A DNA stretch of 32,000 bases from Corynebacterium glutamicum ATCC 13032 (GCF_000011325.1 NC_003450.3:60001-92000); one strand, 5' to 3'; numbered from the stretch's first letter, positions 8,248 through 21,929 are shown. Numbers and translations are program-made. The notes: generated by a model not told the origin, from the letters alone.

Positions 8248-8634
8248 TTACTGCTGTCGAAGGTGGGAAAGGTTGAGGAGCGCCAAGACTATCGAGCTCA
8301 CTAGGGCAGCGCCCGCATATGAACCAATAGCGATGAAGATAAGCCCGACTCCCCAAAGGCCTGTCTCATCAAAGGGGGCCGAGATGGCGGCGAATGCAGC
8401 GCCGATGGCAAGTGTGAGGCCAGCCGAAACTCTAGTGATTACCCGCTTCGCAGTTAATCGCTGCCTATAGCCCCAAAAGGTGAGTGCGGCACAAATTAGG
8501 ACGAAGTTGGTGCAAGCTCCGATAACTTGCATCTGGGAGAACTCATTTGCTCCAGTGAAAACAAGCCACACCGCAGCGAAAATGATGCCAACAATGAAAC
8601 TGCGGAATCCTAGGCCGTACTCACGATTGCTCAT
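8248..8634 (-). CDS. Small hypothetical membrane protein (about 4 TM helices)
   Basis: 128-aa ORF made almost entirely of hydrophobic helices (IVGIIFAAVWLVF, FVLICAALTFWGY, LTLAIGAAFAAI, LIFIAIGSYAGAALV). No family recognised. Confidence 0.55.
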   Translation of the reverse strand: MSNREYGLGFRSFIVGIIFAAVWLVFTGANEFSQMQVIGACTNFVLICAALTFWGYRQRLTAKRVITRVSAGLTLAIGAAFAAISAPFDETGLWGVGLIFIAIGSYAGAALVSSIVLALLNLSHLRQQ

Positions 8635-8650
8635 AGTGGGTGATCATATT

Positions 8651-8696
8651 AGAAAACCCCTCTTCCCCGTGCACAGAACAACACGGGGAGGAGGGG
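8651..8696 (-). terminator. Rho-independent terminator of citH
   Basis: A 15-bp stem, CCCCTCTTCCCCGTG (8657-8671) with CACGGGGAGGAGGGG (8682-8696), including one G-U pair. On the minus strand it is followed by TTTTCT. It sits 20 nt after the citH stop. Confidence 0.7.
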
Positions 8697-8716
8697 TTTG
8701 GCGTCGAAAAGCTATT

Positions 8717-10297
8717 TTATGCGCTGAGTGGCACGACGCCGATGAAGAGGGCTACGGCGAGCATCGCGATGGACACGATGCAGGCGCGCCACAGAACCTT
8801 CTTGTGGTGGTCGCCAAGGTTGACGTTGGCGAGGGAAACCAGCAGGAGGATCGCTGGGACCAGCGGGCTTTGCATGTGAACGGGCTGGCCAGTGATGGAT
8901 GCGCGGGCCATTTCCACAGGCTCGATGCCGAAGTGGGAAGCACTTTCTGCAAGGACTGGGAGGATGCCGAAGTAAAAGGCGTCGTTGGACATGAAGAACG
9001 TCATTGGGATGGACAGCAGGCCGGTGATAACTGCCAGGTGAGGGCCCATTGCGTTCGGAATGACGGTGGTGATCCAGGTAGCCATCGCGTCGACCATGCC
9101 GGTGCCGCTGAGGACGCCGACTAGGACGCCTGCGGCGAGAACCATGGAGACAACGCCGACGATGCTGGAAGAGTGCGCCAGCATTTCGGTTGCTTGGTCC
9201 TTGACCTTAGGGAAGTTCACTGCAAGTGCCAGTCCGGCGCCAGCCATGAAGACGAAGGCCAGTGGGAAGATATCGGCAACCAGGAGAACCATGACGACCA
9301 GGGTCAGGACTGCGTTGAACCAGAACAGCTTCGGTCGAAGTGTTGCGCGGTGTGGATCGAGCAGAGTGTCGGTCATGTTCTCGGTGAGGGTGGAGTCGTC
9401 GAGGTTGATGTGCTGCTCGGTTTCAACTTCGCGGTCCTCAACAAGTACGCCACCAGTAGGTCCTGGCTTTGGAGCGTCCTTTGCCTTGCCCAGTCCGCCG
9501 AGGCCTGGGAAGCCCTTCTTGTTGGAGCTGGAGCCTGAGCCCGTTCCTGTTTCTGGGGCGTCGAGTCCTGGCCCACCGAAGCGGGAGGAGTCAATCTTGC
9601 CCAGGCGCTTGCGCTCGGAGAGACCGAGGAACCATGCGAACAGCAGGCAGATGACAACGCCGGCGATGAGGGAAGGAACCATTGGTACGAAAACATCTGC
9701 TGGCTCGAGGCCAAGTGCTGCGGCTGCGCGGACGGTTGGGCCACCCCAAGGAAGGATATTCATGGTGCCGTTGATCAGGCCGGCAGTACAGGTGAGAACC
9801 ACAGGGCTCATGCCAAGGCGCAGGTAGATGGGCAGCATCGCGGAGGTGGTGATGATGAAGGTGGTGGAGCCGTCGCCGTCGAGGGAGACAACACCTGCAA
9901 GTACTGCGGTGCCGATGACGACCTTTGCGGGGTCATCGTGAAGAACGCGGGTGATCACGCGGATCAGGGGGTCGAAGAGTCCGACGTCGATCATGATTCC
10001 GAAGAACATAATCGCGAACATCAGGAGTGCCGCGGTAGGCGCCATGTCCTTGATGGCGTCAAGCGCCATGTCACCAAGGCCGAGTCCTGCGCCGGCGATG
10101 AGACCGAAGATGGTGGGGACCAACAGCATGGCCACCATTGGGGTGAGTCGACCCAGCATGATCAGGGTCATGAAGGTGAGGATCATGGCGAAGCCAAGGA
10201 CTACCAGGATGCCATCTGAGGGGGTGTGGCTGAGCGTGTAGTCAGCGGCTAATGCCGTGACTTGTCCTGAAGCCAGGAGAAGTGTTGAGCTGCTCAT
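8717..10297 (-). CDS. citH: CitMHS-family citrate:cation symporter
   Basis: Polytopic membrane protein adjacent to and divergent from citAB. I place the start at the ATG at 10297 (MSSSTLLLASG...), which has AAAGGG 5-6 nt upstream. The 86-aa N-terminal extension in the ORF track is hydrophilic and Arg/Thr-rich and looks non-coding. Confidence 0.8.
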   Translation of the reverse strand: MSSSTLLLASGQVTALAADYTLSHTPSDGILVVLGFAMILTFMTLIMLGRLTPMVAMLLVPTIFGLIAGAGLGLGDMALDAIKDMAPTAALLMFAIMFFGIMIDVGLFDPLIRVITRVLHDDPAKVVIGTAVLAGVVSLDGDGSTTFIITTSAMLPIYLRLGMSPVVLTCTAGLINGTMNILPWGGPTVRAAAALGLEPADVFVPMVPSLIAGVVICLLFAWFLGLSERKRLGKIDSSRFGGPGLDAPETGTGSGSSSNKKGFPGLGGLGKAKDAPKPGPTGGVLVEDREVETEQHINLDDSTLTENMTDTLLDPHRATLRPKLFWFNAVLTLVVMVLLVADIFPLAFVFMAGAGLALAVNFPKVKDQATEMLAHSSSIVGVVSMVLAAGVLVGVLSGTGMVDAMATWITTVIPNAMGPHLAVITGLLSIPMTFFMSNDAFYFGILPVLAESASHFGIEPVEMARASITGQPVHMQSPLVPAILLLVSLANVNLGDHHKKVLWRACIVSIAMLAVALFIGVVPLSA

Positions 10298-10505
10298 TGC
10301 TGCCCTTTCTGTGTTTCTCGAAACTTTGAGATCCCGAGTGTTCTGTGTTGCTTGTGGGAGTATAAGGTGGCGCGTGTCACGCACAGAAGTGTTTGGTGCA
10401 TTGCCTGAGGTAGTGCGCAAAATAAGACTTTTGTGCATTATGATCAGAATTGTTGGCCTGGGACTTCGCTTCACGCTCTGCTGATAATCGCCCCCGGGGG
10501 TAGAC

Positions 10506-12161
10506 ATGTCTGTTGGTGGATCCGACTGGAAAAACTTCAAGGAGGTGGACATCATTCGCTTTGCTACCCGAATACTGGTGATTCAAGTGGCTACCGTCGC
10601 GTTGGTGGTAGCTATTTGCACCGGAATTTTCGCAGTTTTGATGATGGATCAGATGAAAACTGAGGCCGAGCACACAGCGCTGTCCATCGGACGTTCGGTG
10701 GCATCCAACCCGCAGATCCGCGAGGAAGTAGCGCTTGATACTCAAACAGGAGCAAACCCATCGGCCGAAGAATTAGCCGATGGAGATATCCAAGCGGTTG
10801 CACAGGCGGCCAATGAACGCACTGGAGCTTTGTTTGTCGTTATCACTGACGGTTTAGGTATCCGCCTGTCCCACCCAGATGAGGAACGTCTGGGGGAGCA
10901 GGTGAGCACTAGCTTTGAGGCTGCCATGCGGGGTGAAGAAACCATGGCGTGGGAGACTGGGACCCTCGGTGCGTCCGCGCGAGCAAAAGTGCCTATCTTT
11001 GCGCCGGATTCTAGTGTTCCAGTCGGTGAGGTCAGTGTTGGGTTTGAGCGAGACAGTGTGTATTCCCGCCTGCCCATGTTCCTCGCCGCCCTTGCTCTTA
11101 TTTCTGTGTTGGGAATCCTTATCGGCGTGGGTGTAGCCATGGGCATGCGACGCCGTTGGGAACGCGTGACCTTGGGTTTGCAGCCGGAGGAGCTAGTGAC
11201 CCTTGTGCAAAATCAGACTGCAGTCATCGATGGCATTGATGAGGGCGTGCTGGCGCTGAGCCCAAACGGAACAATTGGGGTGCATAATGAGCAGGCGCAA
11301 TCCATGATTGGTGCAGGTCCTATGAGTGGCAGGACGTTGAAAGAACTAGGGCTTGACCTGGGTCTTGATGGCGTTGTATTGCATGGTCAGCATCCGGAAA
11401 CCGTTGCCCATAACGGCAGGATCCTCTATCTGGATTTCCACCCCGTGCGCCGTGGGGATCAAGATTTAGGCTACGTGGTAACCATCCGCGATCGTACCGA
11501 CATCATTGAACTCAGTGAACGCCTCGACTCTGTGCGCACCATGACCCACGCACTCCGCGCCCAGCGCCACGAGTTTGCCAACCGCATCCACACCGCAACA
11601 GGGCTTATCGACGCCGGCCGCGTCCACGACGCGGCAGAGTTTCTAGGCGATATATCCCGCAACGGGGGACAGTCACATCCATTGATCGGATCAGCGCACC
11701 TCAATGAAGCATTTTTGAGCTCATTTTTAAGTACTGCTTCTATTTCGGCATCTGAAAAGGGCGTTAGTCTGCGCATCAACTCTGACACGCTCATCCTTGG
11801 CACTGTTAAAGATCCAGAAGATGTAGCAACCATTTTGGGTAATTTAATCAACAATGCCATCGACGCCGCGGTGGCAGGTGAAGCCCCACGGTGGATTGAG
11901 CTTACGTTGATGGATGATGCCGATACGCTGGTCATTTCTGTTGCAGATTCTGGTCCTGGAATCCCAGAGGGCGTGGATGTATTTGCCACAGCCACCCAGA
12001 TAGGAGACTCTGAAGATAATGAACGCACCCACGGGCATGGCATTGGTCTAAAACTGTGCCGGGCTTTGGCTAGATCACATGGTGGCGATGTCTGGGTGAT
12101 TGATAGAGGAACCGAAGATGGCGCTGTATTTGGAGTGAAACTACCGGGAGTAATGGAGTAA
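10506..12161 (+). CDS. citA: CitA/DcuS-family sensor histidine kinase
   Basis: Two TM segments flank a periplasmic sensing domain, followed by a PAS-like region. H-box RAQRHEFANRIHT, N-box NLINNAIDA, G-boxes DSGPGI and GHGIGL. Confidence 0.85.
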   Translation: MSVGGSDWKNFKEVDIIRFATRILVIQVATVALVVAICTGIFAVLMMDQMKTEAEHTALSIGRSVASNPQIREEVALDTQTGANPSAEELADGDIQAVAQAANERTGALFVVITDGLGIRLSHPDEERLGEQVSTSFEAAMRGEETMAWETGTLGASARAKVPIFAPDSSVPVGEVSVGFERDSVYSRLPMFLAALALISVLGILIGVGVAMGMRRRWERVTLGLQPEELVTLVQNQTAVIDGIDEGVLALSPNGTIGVHNEQAQSMIGAGPMSGRTLKELGLDLGLDGVVLHGQHPETVAHNGRILYLDFHPVRRGDQDLGYVVTIRDRTDIIELSERLDSVRTMTHALRAQRHEFANRIHTATGLIDAGRVHDAAEFLGDISRNGGQSHPLIGSAHLNEAFLSSFLSTASISASEKGVSLRINSDTLILGTVKDPEDVATILGNLINNAIDAAVAGEAPRWIELTLMDDADTLVISVADSGPGIPEGVDVFATATQIGDSEDNERTHGHGIGLKLCRALARSHGGDVWVIDRGTEDGAVFGVKLPGVME

Positions 12162-12817
12162 TGGATCAAACACTTAAAGTTTTAGTAATTGATGATGATT
12201 TCCGCGTCGCCGGCATTCACGCCTCCATCGTTGATGCGTCCCCTGGATTTTCGGTGGTCGGTACCGCGCGTACCCTCGCAGAGGCAAAAACCCTGATCGC
12301 CACATTTTCCCCGGATCTCCTACTTGTTGATGTCTACCTCCCCGACGGCGATGGCATTGACCTCGTGGGCACCTCCAATATTGATGCGTTTGTGCTCAGC
12401 GCAGCCGATGACATCAAAACAGTTCGACGCGCCATGCGTGCCGGGGCACTCGGATATCTGCTCAAACCATTTCCCCAAAAACGTCTCGTGGAACGCCTTG
12501 ACCGTTACGTCCGCTACCGCCATGTCTTATCCGGCACCCAAGGACTTTCCCAAGACAAAATTGACCAGGCAACCGCAATCCTCAACGGCACCCAAGCGCC
12601 GGTCACCGTCTCTAGATCCGCCACAGAGCAATTACTTCTCGACGCCCTGGAAGGCCAAGAACTCTCCGCAACAGAAGCTTCCGAAGCTGCCGGAGTTTCA
12701 CGTGCCACAGCACAGCGCAGGCTGGCAGCGATGGCTAGCCAAGGTGTGATCCAGGTTCGCCTTCGGTACGGACAGTCCGGGCGACCAGAACATCTATATT
12801 CAAAGCCACTGCTCTAG
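12161..12817 (+). CDS. citB: CitB/DcuR-family response regulator
   Basis: The start overlaps the citA stop (TAATG). Receiver domain (VLVIDDD...LLLVDVYLPDGDGIDL...YLLKPF) with a C-terminal HTH (ELSATEASEAAGVSRATAQRRL). Confidence 0.85.
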   Translation: MDQTLKVLVIDDDFRVAGIHASIVDASPGFSVVGTARTLAEAKTLIATFSPDLLLVDVYLPDGDGIDLVGTSNIDAFVLSAADDIKTVRRAMRAGALGYLLKPFPQKRLVERLDRYVRYRHVLSGTQGLSQDKIDQATAILNGTQAPVTVSRSATEQLLLDALEGQELSATEASEAAGVSRATAQRRLAAMASQGVIQVRLRYGQSGRPEHLYSKPLL

Positions 12818-13728
12818 TAACCTTTGTGGATGTCCACCTCGGTCAGCATCTTTTCTCCAGCGAGAAACCGTCGGTAGTTTTCTGCCACCACTGGGGCAAG
12901 CATGCGATCCATCGAGGTCAACGTGTTGGCTACGTGCGGGGTAATGATCACATTGCTGCGCCCCCACAGTGGATGATCGTCCGGCAATGGTTCAGGATCG
13001 GTGACATCTAAGCCTGCCCCGGATATTTCTTGGGCATCTAAGGCGTCAACTAATGCTTCTGTATCTACTACTTCTCCGCGAGCCACGTTGATCAAAATTG
13101 CAGTGGACTGCATTGCTTTAAGCTCTGCTTTTCCGATCAGATGATAGGTGTCTGCGGTAAGCGGTACGCACAACACCACATGGTCGGCGTCGGCAAGTAC
13201 TTGGTGCAGGTTGGATATAGGTTCCGTTGCATCAAAATCTTGGGTGGGTGTACCGGTCCTGCTTACTGCTAAAGACTTTGCGCCAAAAGGTTTCAACATG
13301 GCTGCCAGATGTTTACCGATTCCACCAGCTCCCACAATGGCAACTGTTGCACCATCAAGCCATCTGGTCTGCTGATCTATTTGAGTGCTTGGTGCCCAAC
13401 TATCGGCACGCACCATGGTGGGGTGCATATGAATCAGTCCCAGCAAAAGAGCCATTGCTGCTTCGGCTACCTGTTGGCCATACACCCCTGATGCATTTGA
13501 CCACCGGCGTTTGTCATCAATCTGCCCAGCTGTGAAATATGCGTTGAGCCCCGCATTGGGAAATTGCACCCACCTCACTCCGTCGGGAAGTAGGGGAAAT
13601 TCTGTGCCTGGTGTTTGAGTGAAGACAAACCCCTCGGCTTTTTCGAGGGAGTCCACTATTTCTGCGCCTGCCTCCTTAAGGGCCTTGGTGGTGAGTGGAT
13701 AATCGCCAAAACCAACAAAGATTTTCAT
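12814..13728 (-). CDS. D-isomer-specific 2-hydroxyacid dehydrogenase family, NAD-binding
   Basis: VAIVGAGGIGKHLAAML (GxGxxG Rossmann), with the typical catalytic-region blocks LINVARGEVVD and NVIITPHVAN. Confidence 0.85.
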   Translation of the reverse strand: MKIFVGFGDYPLTTKALKEAGAEIVDSLEKAEGFVFTQTPGTEFPLLPDGVRWVQFPNAGLNAYFTAGQIDDKRRWSNASGVYGQQVAEAAMALLLGLIHMHPTMVRADSWAPSTQIDQQTRWLDGATVAIVGAGGIGKHLAAMLKPFGAKSLAVSRTGTPTQDFDATEPISNLHQVLADADHVVLCVPLTADTYHLIGKAELKAMQSTAILINVARGEVVDTEALVDALDAQEISGAGLDVTDPEPLPDDHPLWGRSNVIITPHVANTLTSMDRMLAPVVAENYRRFLAGEKMLTEVDIHKGY

Positions 13729-13843
13729 GGGCTCCAGGATAGGTTGTTGGTGTGAGGTTGGGTTTTGTCATCCTGAATGCTTCATTTCTACCCTCGTGGG
13801 TAAAGTTGGTGCCGAATCAACAATCTCTTTTGGAGGAACTTTA

Positions 13844-14275
13844 ATGAGCATTTCCAACGCAATCCTGCGTGGTGTGTCTGGCGCTTATATTCTGCAGTCC
13901 GGCTACGGAAAACTTGGATTGCCTAATGAGGCCGCTGCTGGCATTCAGGGTCTAGCTGCAACGGGTATCCCAGCGGTGGCTGATATGGATTCAGATACTT
14001 TCGGTAAGTTTGTTGCCTACTCGGAGTTGGGTATCGGTGGAGCTTTGCTTGCTCCATTTATCCCTAGCCGTCTTGCAGGTTTGGGTCTTGGTGCTTTCTC
14101 TACAGGTTTGTTGGCCATTTACTTCCGTAACCCAGCGATGACTCAAGACGACGGAATCCGCCCTTCCCAGGATGGAACCGGATTGTCTAAGGATCTTTTC
14201 CTTGCTGCTATTGCGGGTGCTTTGGTGTTCGCACCTGCTAAGAAGCGTAAGAAGGCGAAGAACAAGTCTAAGTAA
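13844..14275 (+). CDS. Small hypothetical membrane protein with Lys-rich C-terminal tail
   Basis: The ATG at 13844 is preceded by TGGAGGA (13831-13837). 143 aa with 3-4 hydrophobic helices, ending KKRKKAKNKSK. The longer 13727 start in the ORF track would overlap the divergent gene's start and lacks an RBS. Confidence 0.55.
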   Translation: MSISNAILRGVSGAYILQSGYGKLGLPNEAAAGIQGLAATGIPAVADMDSDTFGKFVAYSELGIGGALLAPFIPSRLAGLGLGAFSTGLLAIYFRNPAMTQDDGIRPSQDGTGLSKDLFLAAIAGALVFAPAKKRKKAKNKSK

Positions 14276-14281
14276 GCTTGC

Positions 14282-14312
14282 TTGAACGGCGCTTGTTAGC
14301 AAGGCCGTTCAA
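14282..14312 (+). terminator. 13-bp stem hairpin after the membrane-protein gene (no T-run); the arms carry TGAAC/GTTCA
   Basis: TTGAACGGCGCTTG (14282-14295) pairs with CAAGGCCGTTCAA (14300-14312) with one bulged G. It starts 6 nt after the stop codon. Confidence 0.4.
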
Positions 14313-14335
14313 CCGCGCTGTTAATCAGCCATTTT

Positions 14336-14348
14336 TGAACAGTGTTCA
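14336..14348. promoter_or_regulatory. BioQ-type operator 1 (TGAAC-N3-GTTCA) upstream of bioB
   Basis: Perfect palindrome TGAACagtGTTCA. It matches the 13-bp operator I recall for the TetR-type biotin repressor BioQ of C. glutamicum. Confidence 0.7.
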
Positions 14349-14356
14349 AAAATTCT

Positions 14357-14369
14357 TGAACACTGTTCA
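14357..14369. promoter_or_regulatory. BioQ-type operator 2 (TGAAC-N3-GTTCA) upstream of bioB
   Basis: Perfect palindrome TGAACactGTTCA, 21 bp centre-to-centre from operator 1 (two helical turns). Confidence 0.7.
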
Positions 14370-14489
14370 AGTCATGGGTTAAGGTTGTCGTTTAAGGCAC
14401 GTGTCATTTTGCATGCGCGTGCCCAATTCTTCTTAAGTGTGCTCAATTTTTAAGCGCGCAGTTATTGACAACCAGCCTCTAGGAGATCC

Positions 14490-15494
14490 ATGACCATCCC
14501 CGGCACCATCCTTGACACCGCCCGCACCCAAGTTCTGGAACAGGGAATTGGCCTTAATCAGCAGCAGTTGATGGAGGTTCTCACCTTGCCTGAAGAGCAA
14601 ATCCCAGACTTGATGGAATTAGCCCACCAGGTTCGGTTGAAGTGGTGTGGGGAAGAAATCGAGGTCGAGGGCATTATTTCCCTCAAAACTGGCGGTTGCC
14701 CTGAAGATTGTCATTTCTGCTCACAGTCTGGGTTGTTTGAATCGCCGGTGCGTTCGGTGTGGCTGGATATTCCGAATCTGGTTGAAGCCGCTAAACAGAC
14801 CGCAAAAACTGGCGCTACCGAATTCTGTATCGTCGCCGCAGTCAAGGGGCCTGATGAGAGGCTCATGACCCAGCTGGAGGAAGCAGTCCTCGCGATTCAC
14901 TCTGAAGTTGAAATTGAAGTCGCAGCATCGATCGGAACGTTAAATAAGGAACAGGTGGATCGCCTCGCTGCTGCCGGCGTGCACCGCTACAACCATAATT
15001 TGGAAACTGCGCGTTCCTATTTCCCTGAAGTTGTCACCACTCATACATGGGAAGAGCGCCGCGAAACTTTGCGCCTGGTGGCAGAAGCTGGAATGGAAGT
15101 CTGTTCCGGCGGAATCTTAGGAATGGGCGAAACTTTAGAGCAGCGCGCCGAGTTTGCCGTGCAGCTGGCGGAGCTTGATCCGCACGAAGTCCCCATGAAC
15201 TTCCTTGATCCTCGCCCGGGCACCCCATTTGCCGATAGGGAATTGATGGACAGCCGTGACGCTCTGCGCTCTATTGGTGCGTTCCGCCTTGCGATGCCTC
15301 ACACCATGCTTCGTTTTGCTGGCGGTCGCGAGCTGACTTTGGGCGACAAGGGTTCCGAGCAAGCCCTCCTGGGAGGCATCAATGCGATGATCGTCGGAAA
15401 CTACCTGACTACGCTCGGCCGCCCAATGGAAGATGACCTCGACATGATGGATCGTCTCCAGCTGCCCATCAAAGTCCTTAATAAGGTCATCTAA
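14490..15494 (+). CDS. bioB: Biotin synthase (radical SAM)
   Basis: [11 protein letters not shown] radical-SAM CxxxCxxC cluster motif in BioB context, 334 aa. RBS AGGAGA lies 4 nt upstream of the ATG. Confidence 0.95.
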   Translation: MTIPGTILDTARTQVLEQGIGLNQQQLMEVLTLPEEQIPDLMELAHQVRLKWCGEEIEVEGIISLKTGGCPEDCHFCSQSGLFESPVRSVWLDIPNLVEAAKQTAKTGATEFCIVAAVKGPDERLMTQLEEAVLAIHSEVEIEVAASIGTLNKEQVDRLAAAGVHRYNHNLETARSYFPEVVTTHTWEERRETLRLVAEAGMEVCSGGILGMGETLEQRAEFAVQLAELDPHEVPMNFLDPRPGTPFADRELMDSRDALRSIGAFRLAMPHTMLRFAGGRELTLGDKGSEQALLGGINAMIVGNYLTTLGRPMEDDLDMMDRLQLPIKVLNKVI

Positions 15495-15505
15495 GAAGCA
15501 CGCGC

Positions 15506-15745
15506 ATGAACGACGATCTCCAAATGGCCATGATTCTGGCAGACACCCCGATCTTTCATCCAAACACCGGCAAGCCCTTCGATGGTGAACATAAGCTGTC
15601 GCCCTCTGCGCGAGCAGGTTTGGAAGCACCCCGTTATTGCCAGCTCTGCGGTCGGCGCATGAAAGTCCAAGTCCGCCCCGACGGGTGGGACGCCTTATGC
15701 TCCCGCCACGGTTTCGTCGACTCCTCTTATCTAGGGCGCCGATAA
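15506..15745 (+). CDS. bsaP: Small Cys-containing protein co-transcribed with bioB; biotin synthase auxiliary protein (BsaP)-like
   Basis: 79 aa, starting 11 nt after the bioB stop. [10 protein letters not shown]...CSRHG is a C-x2-C...C-x2-H metal-binding pattern. The size and position match the actinobacterial bioB-linked auxiliary protein as I recall it. Confidence 0.6.
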   Translation: MNDDLQMAMILADTPIFHPNTGKPFDGEHKLSPSARAGLEAPRYCQLCGRRMKVQVRPDGWDALCSRHGFVDSSYLGRR

Positions 15746-16038
15746 TGCGTGGCCATCTCATTGACGGTGACGGCCGCTGCATCCACTATCACGGACCCTT
15801 CGACGTCGTCGGCAACAAATGCGCCACATGCAACGAGTGGTGGGCGTGTCATCGCTGCCACGAGGAGATTGCCAATCATCCTTTCGGGAAGATGCTTATC
15901 GACGCCCCGAGCTCCCTTCAATGCGGCCACTGCGGGGAGCTTATGGCCTACGGGGTGCAAAAATGCCCGCGATGCGGGCATAACTTCAATCCAGGGTGTT
16001 CACTCCACACTCCGCTGTACTACGAAATGCCCTCTTGA
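15745..16038 (+). CDS. CHY-type zinc-finger domain protein
   Basis: The ATG overlaps the previous stop (TAATG at 15743-15747). Sequence RCIHYHGPFDVVGNKCATCNEWWACHRCHEE...LQCGHCGE...KCPRCGH is dense in the Cys/His ligand pattern of zf-CHY. The upstream part of the track ORF (15637-15744) overlaps the previous gene and is rejected. Confidence 0.7.
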   Translation: MRGHLIDGDGRCIHYHGPFDVVGNKCATCNEWWACHRCHEEIANHPFGKMLIDAPSSLQCGHCGELMAYGVQKCPRCGHNFNPGCSLHTPLYYEMPS

Positions 16039-16047
16039 CCTGGGAAG

Positions 16048-16076
16048 TTGCGGACTGTTGTGCGGATGTGTAAATT
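16048..16076 (+). promoter_or_regulatory. Candidate rrn operon promoter
   Basis: TTGCGG (16048-16053), a 17-nt spacer, then TAATT-type -10 TAAATT (16071-16076) with a TGTG extended -10. This rests on sequence pattern only. Other promoters probably exist in 16080-16300. Confidence 0.3.
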
Positions 16077-16282
16077 AATTCCAGTCAGCGCGACCAACAA
16101 CGCCCCAACACATAAGAGATTATGTGGACAGTGAGGCGGATCTAGGAAAACAAACGCTCGACAAACCAACAACACTTCATCGAAGTCAACAAACACCGAT
16201 TTGGTGAAAGTAAACAAGATGAAGTAACGTTGAACAAGCTGCTTACGAGACACCGAGCAAGGTGATCAAGTTAGTGTGCGTA

Positions 16283-16307
16283 TGTTGTTTGAGAACTCAA
16301 TAGTGTG
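16283..16307 (+). promoter_or_regulatory. Conserved actinobacterial pre-16S leader box (processing-stem / antitermination region)
   Basis: TGTTGTTTGAGAACTCAATAGTGTG. A near-copy, TGTGTGAGAACTGTATAGTGG, occurs at 18452-18472 ahead of the 23S. I recall this pair as a conserved feature of actinobacterial rrn leaders and spacers. Confidence 0.6.
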
Positions 16308-16640
16308 CCATTTATTATTTTTGTCACTACCACAGATCACCTTGGGTGATGTGTGGTGGGTCATGCCGGGTGGTGGATCGCCAAATTATCCATCACTGTA
16401 AACAATAATCTTATTGTTGGCATGATTTTGTGGGTCTGCTTGTTCCCCGTCAAGGGACTAGGCCCACGTTGAAGACACGATGATCCTTATTTGGGTTGTG
16501 GTGTTTTTTTAGAATCATTATTTTTTGATAATGCCAGTAACACCCCATTATCTGATCGCACTGTGTGTGGTTGGTGGGGGTGTTGTTGTTTTTGTCAGGT
16601 GTTGGGCTTTTCACGGCCTAAACAATCTATTTATTGTTTT

Positions 16641-18170
<1,530 letters not shown>

Positions 18171-18555
18171 AGCTTTATTAACCCACATCAGACTGTGTCT
18201 GGTTGGTGGGTTGTTGGTGTTGGAACCCGTATGTGGTTGCCATCAACATATTTTAATCGGGTGGAGATGACCCCTCGGGTGACAACAACAAGACCACATG
18301 GTCTTGAACAATGAGTGGCATGCTGTTGGGTGTCTGGAATGACATCGCAAGCATCACCTTTTGGTGGTGTGTGTGGGTTGTTTCTAACATCGAGCATCGT
18401 CAACACGGGTAGAGAATGTTGTGTTCTTTGGTTGTGGTGGGGGTGGTGTGTTGTGTGAGAACTGTATAGTGGACGCGAGCATCTTTATTTTTTTGTTTTT
18501 TGTTGTGTGATACCGAACGCGCCCGCACTTTGTGTGTGGGTTATAGTATTTTGTT

Positions 18556-21640
<3,085 letters not shown>

Positions 21641-21751
21641 CATTTATGGTTTGGTGTAACGCAACGTAACGAAAACAGAACAATATGTGTTCGCGTCCAT
21701 TATGCAGTGTCTGACACAGCACAACCAACCTGTTGGTTGGTTTGGTGTGTG

Positions 21752-21875
21752 GTTGTGTCGGTGGTGATAGTAGCAGGGAAACGCCCGGTCCCTTTCCGAA
21801 CCCGGAAGCTAAGCCTGGTTACGCTGATGGTACTGCACTCGGGAGGGTGTGGGAGAGTAGGTTACCGCCGACCAA
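21752..21875 (+). rRNA. rrf: 5S ribosomal RNA
   Basis: GTTGTGTCGGTGGTGATAGTAGCAGGGAAACGCCCGGTCCCTTTCCGAACCCGGAAGCTAAGCC...GTTACCGCCGACCAA. The 5' and 3' ends pair as helix I. Confidence 0.9.
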
Positions 21876-21898
21876 AAACTTAAAATAGTATGGATAAG

Positions 21899-21929
21899 CC
21901 CAGAAACACTGTGTGTTTCTGGGTTTATT
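21899..21929 (+). terminator. rrn operon terminator 1
   Basis: Perfect 11-bp stem CCCAGAAACAC / GTGTTTCTGGG with loop TGT, followed by TTTATT. Confidence 0.8.

Noticed and set aside
10298-10555. 86-codon N-terminal extension of citH in the ORF track (start at 10555).
   Set aside because: The extension is hydrophilic, rich in Arg/Thr/Ser, and overlaps the citA start region. An internal ATG at 10297 has a proper RBS and begins right before the first TM helix.
13727-13843. Upstream GTG/ATG extension of the small membrane protein (ORF track start 13727).
   Set aside because: The extension is Cys/Gly-rich and non-hydrophobic, it would overlap the start of the divergent dehydrogenase gene, and it lacks an RBS. 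The ATG at 13844 has TGGAGGA upstream.
14465-14470. TTGACA hexamer as the bioB -35 element.
   Set aside because: It lies only 19 nt before the bioB ATG. A -10 at the proper spacing would fall on the start codon, and the AGGAGA RBS sits between them.
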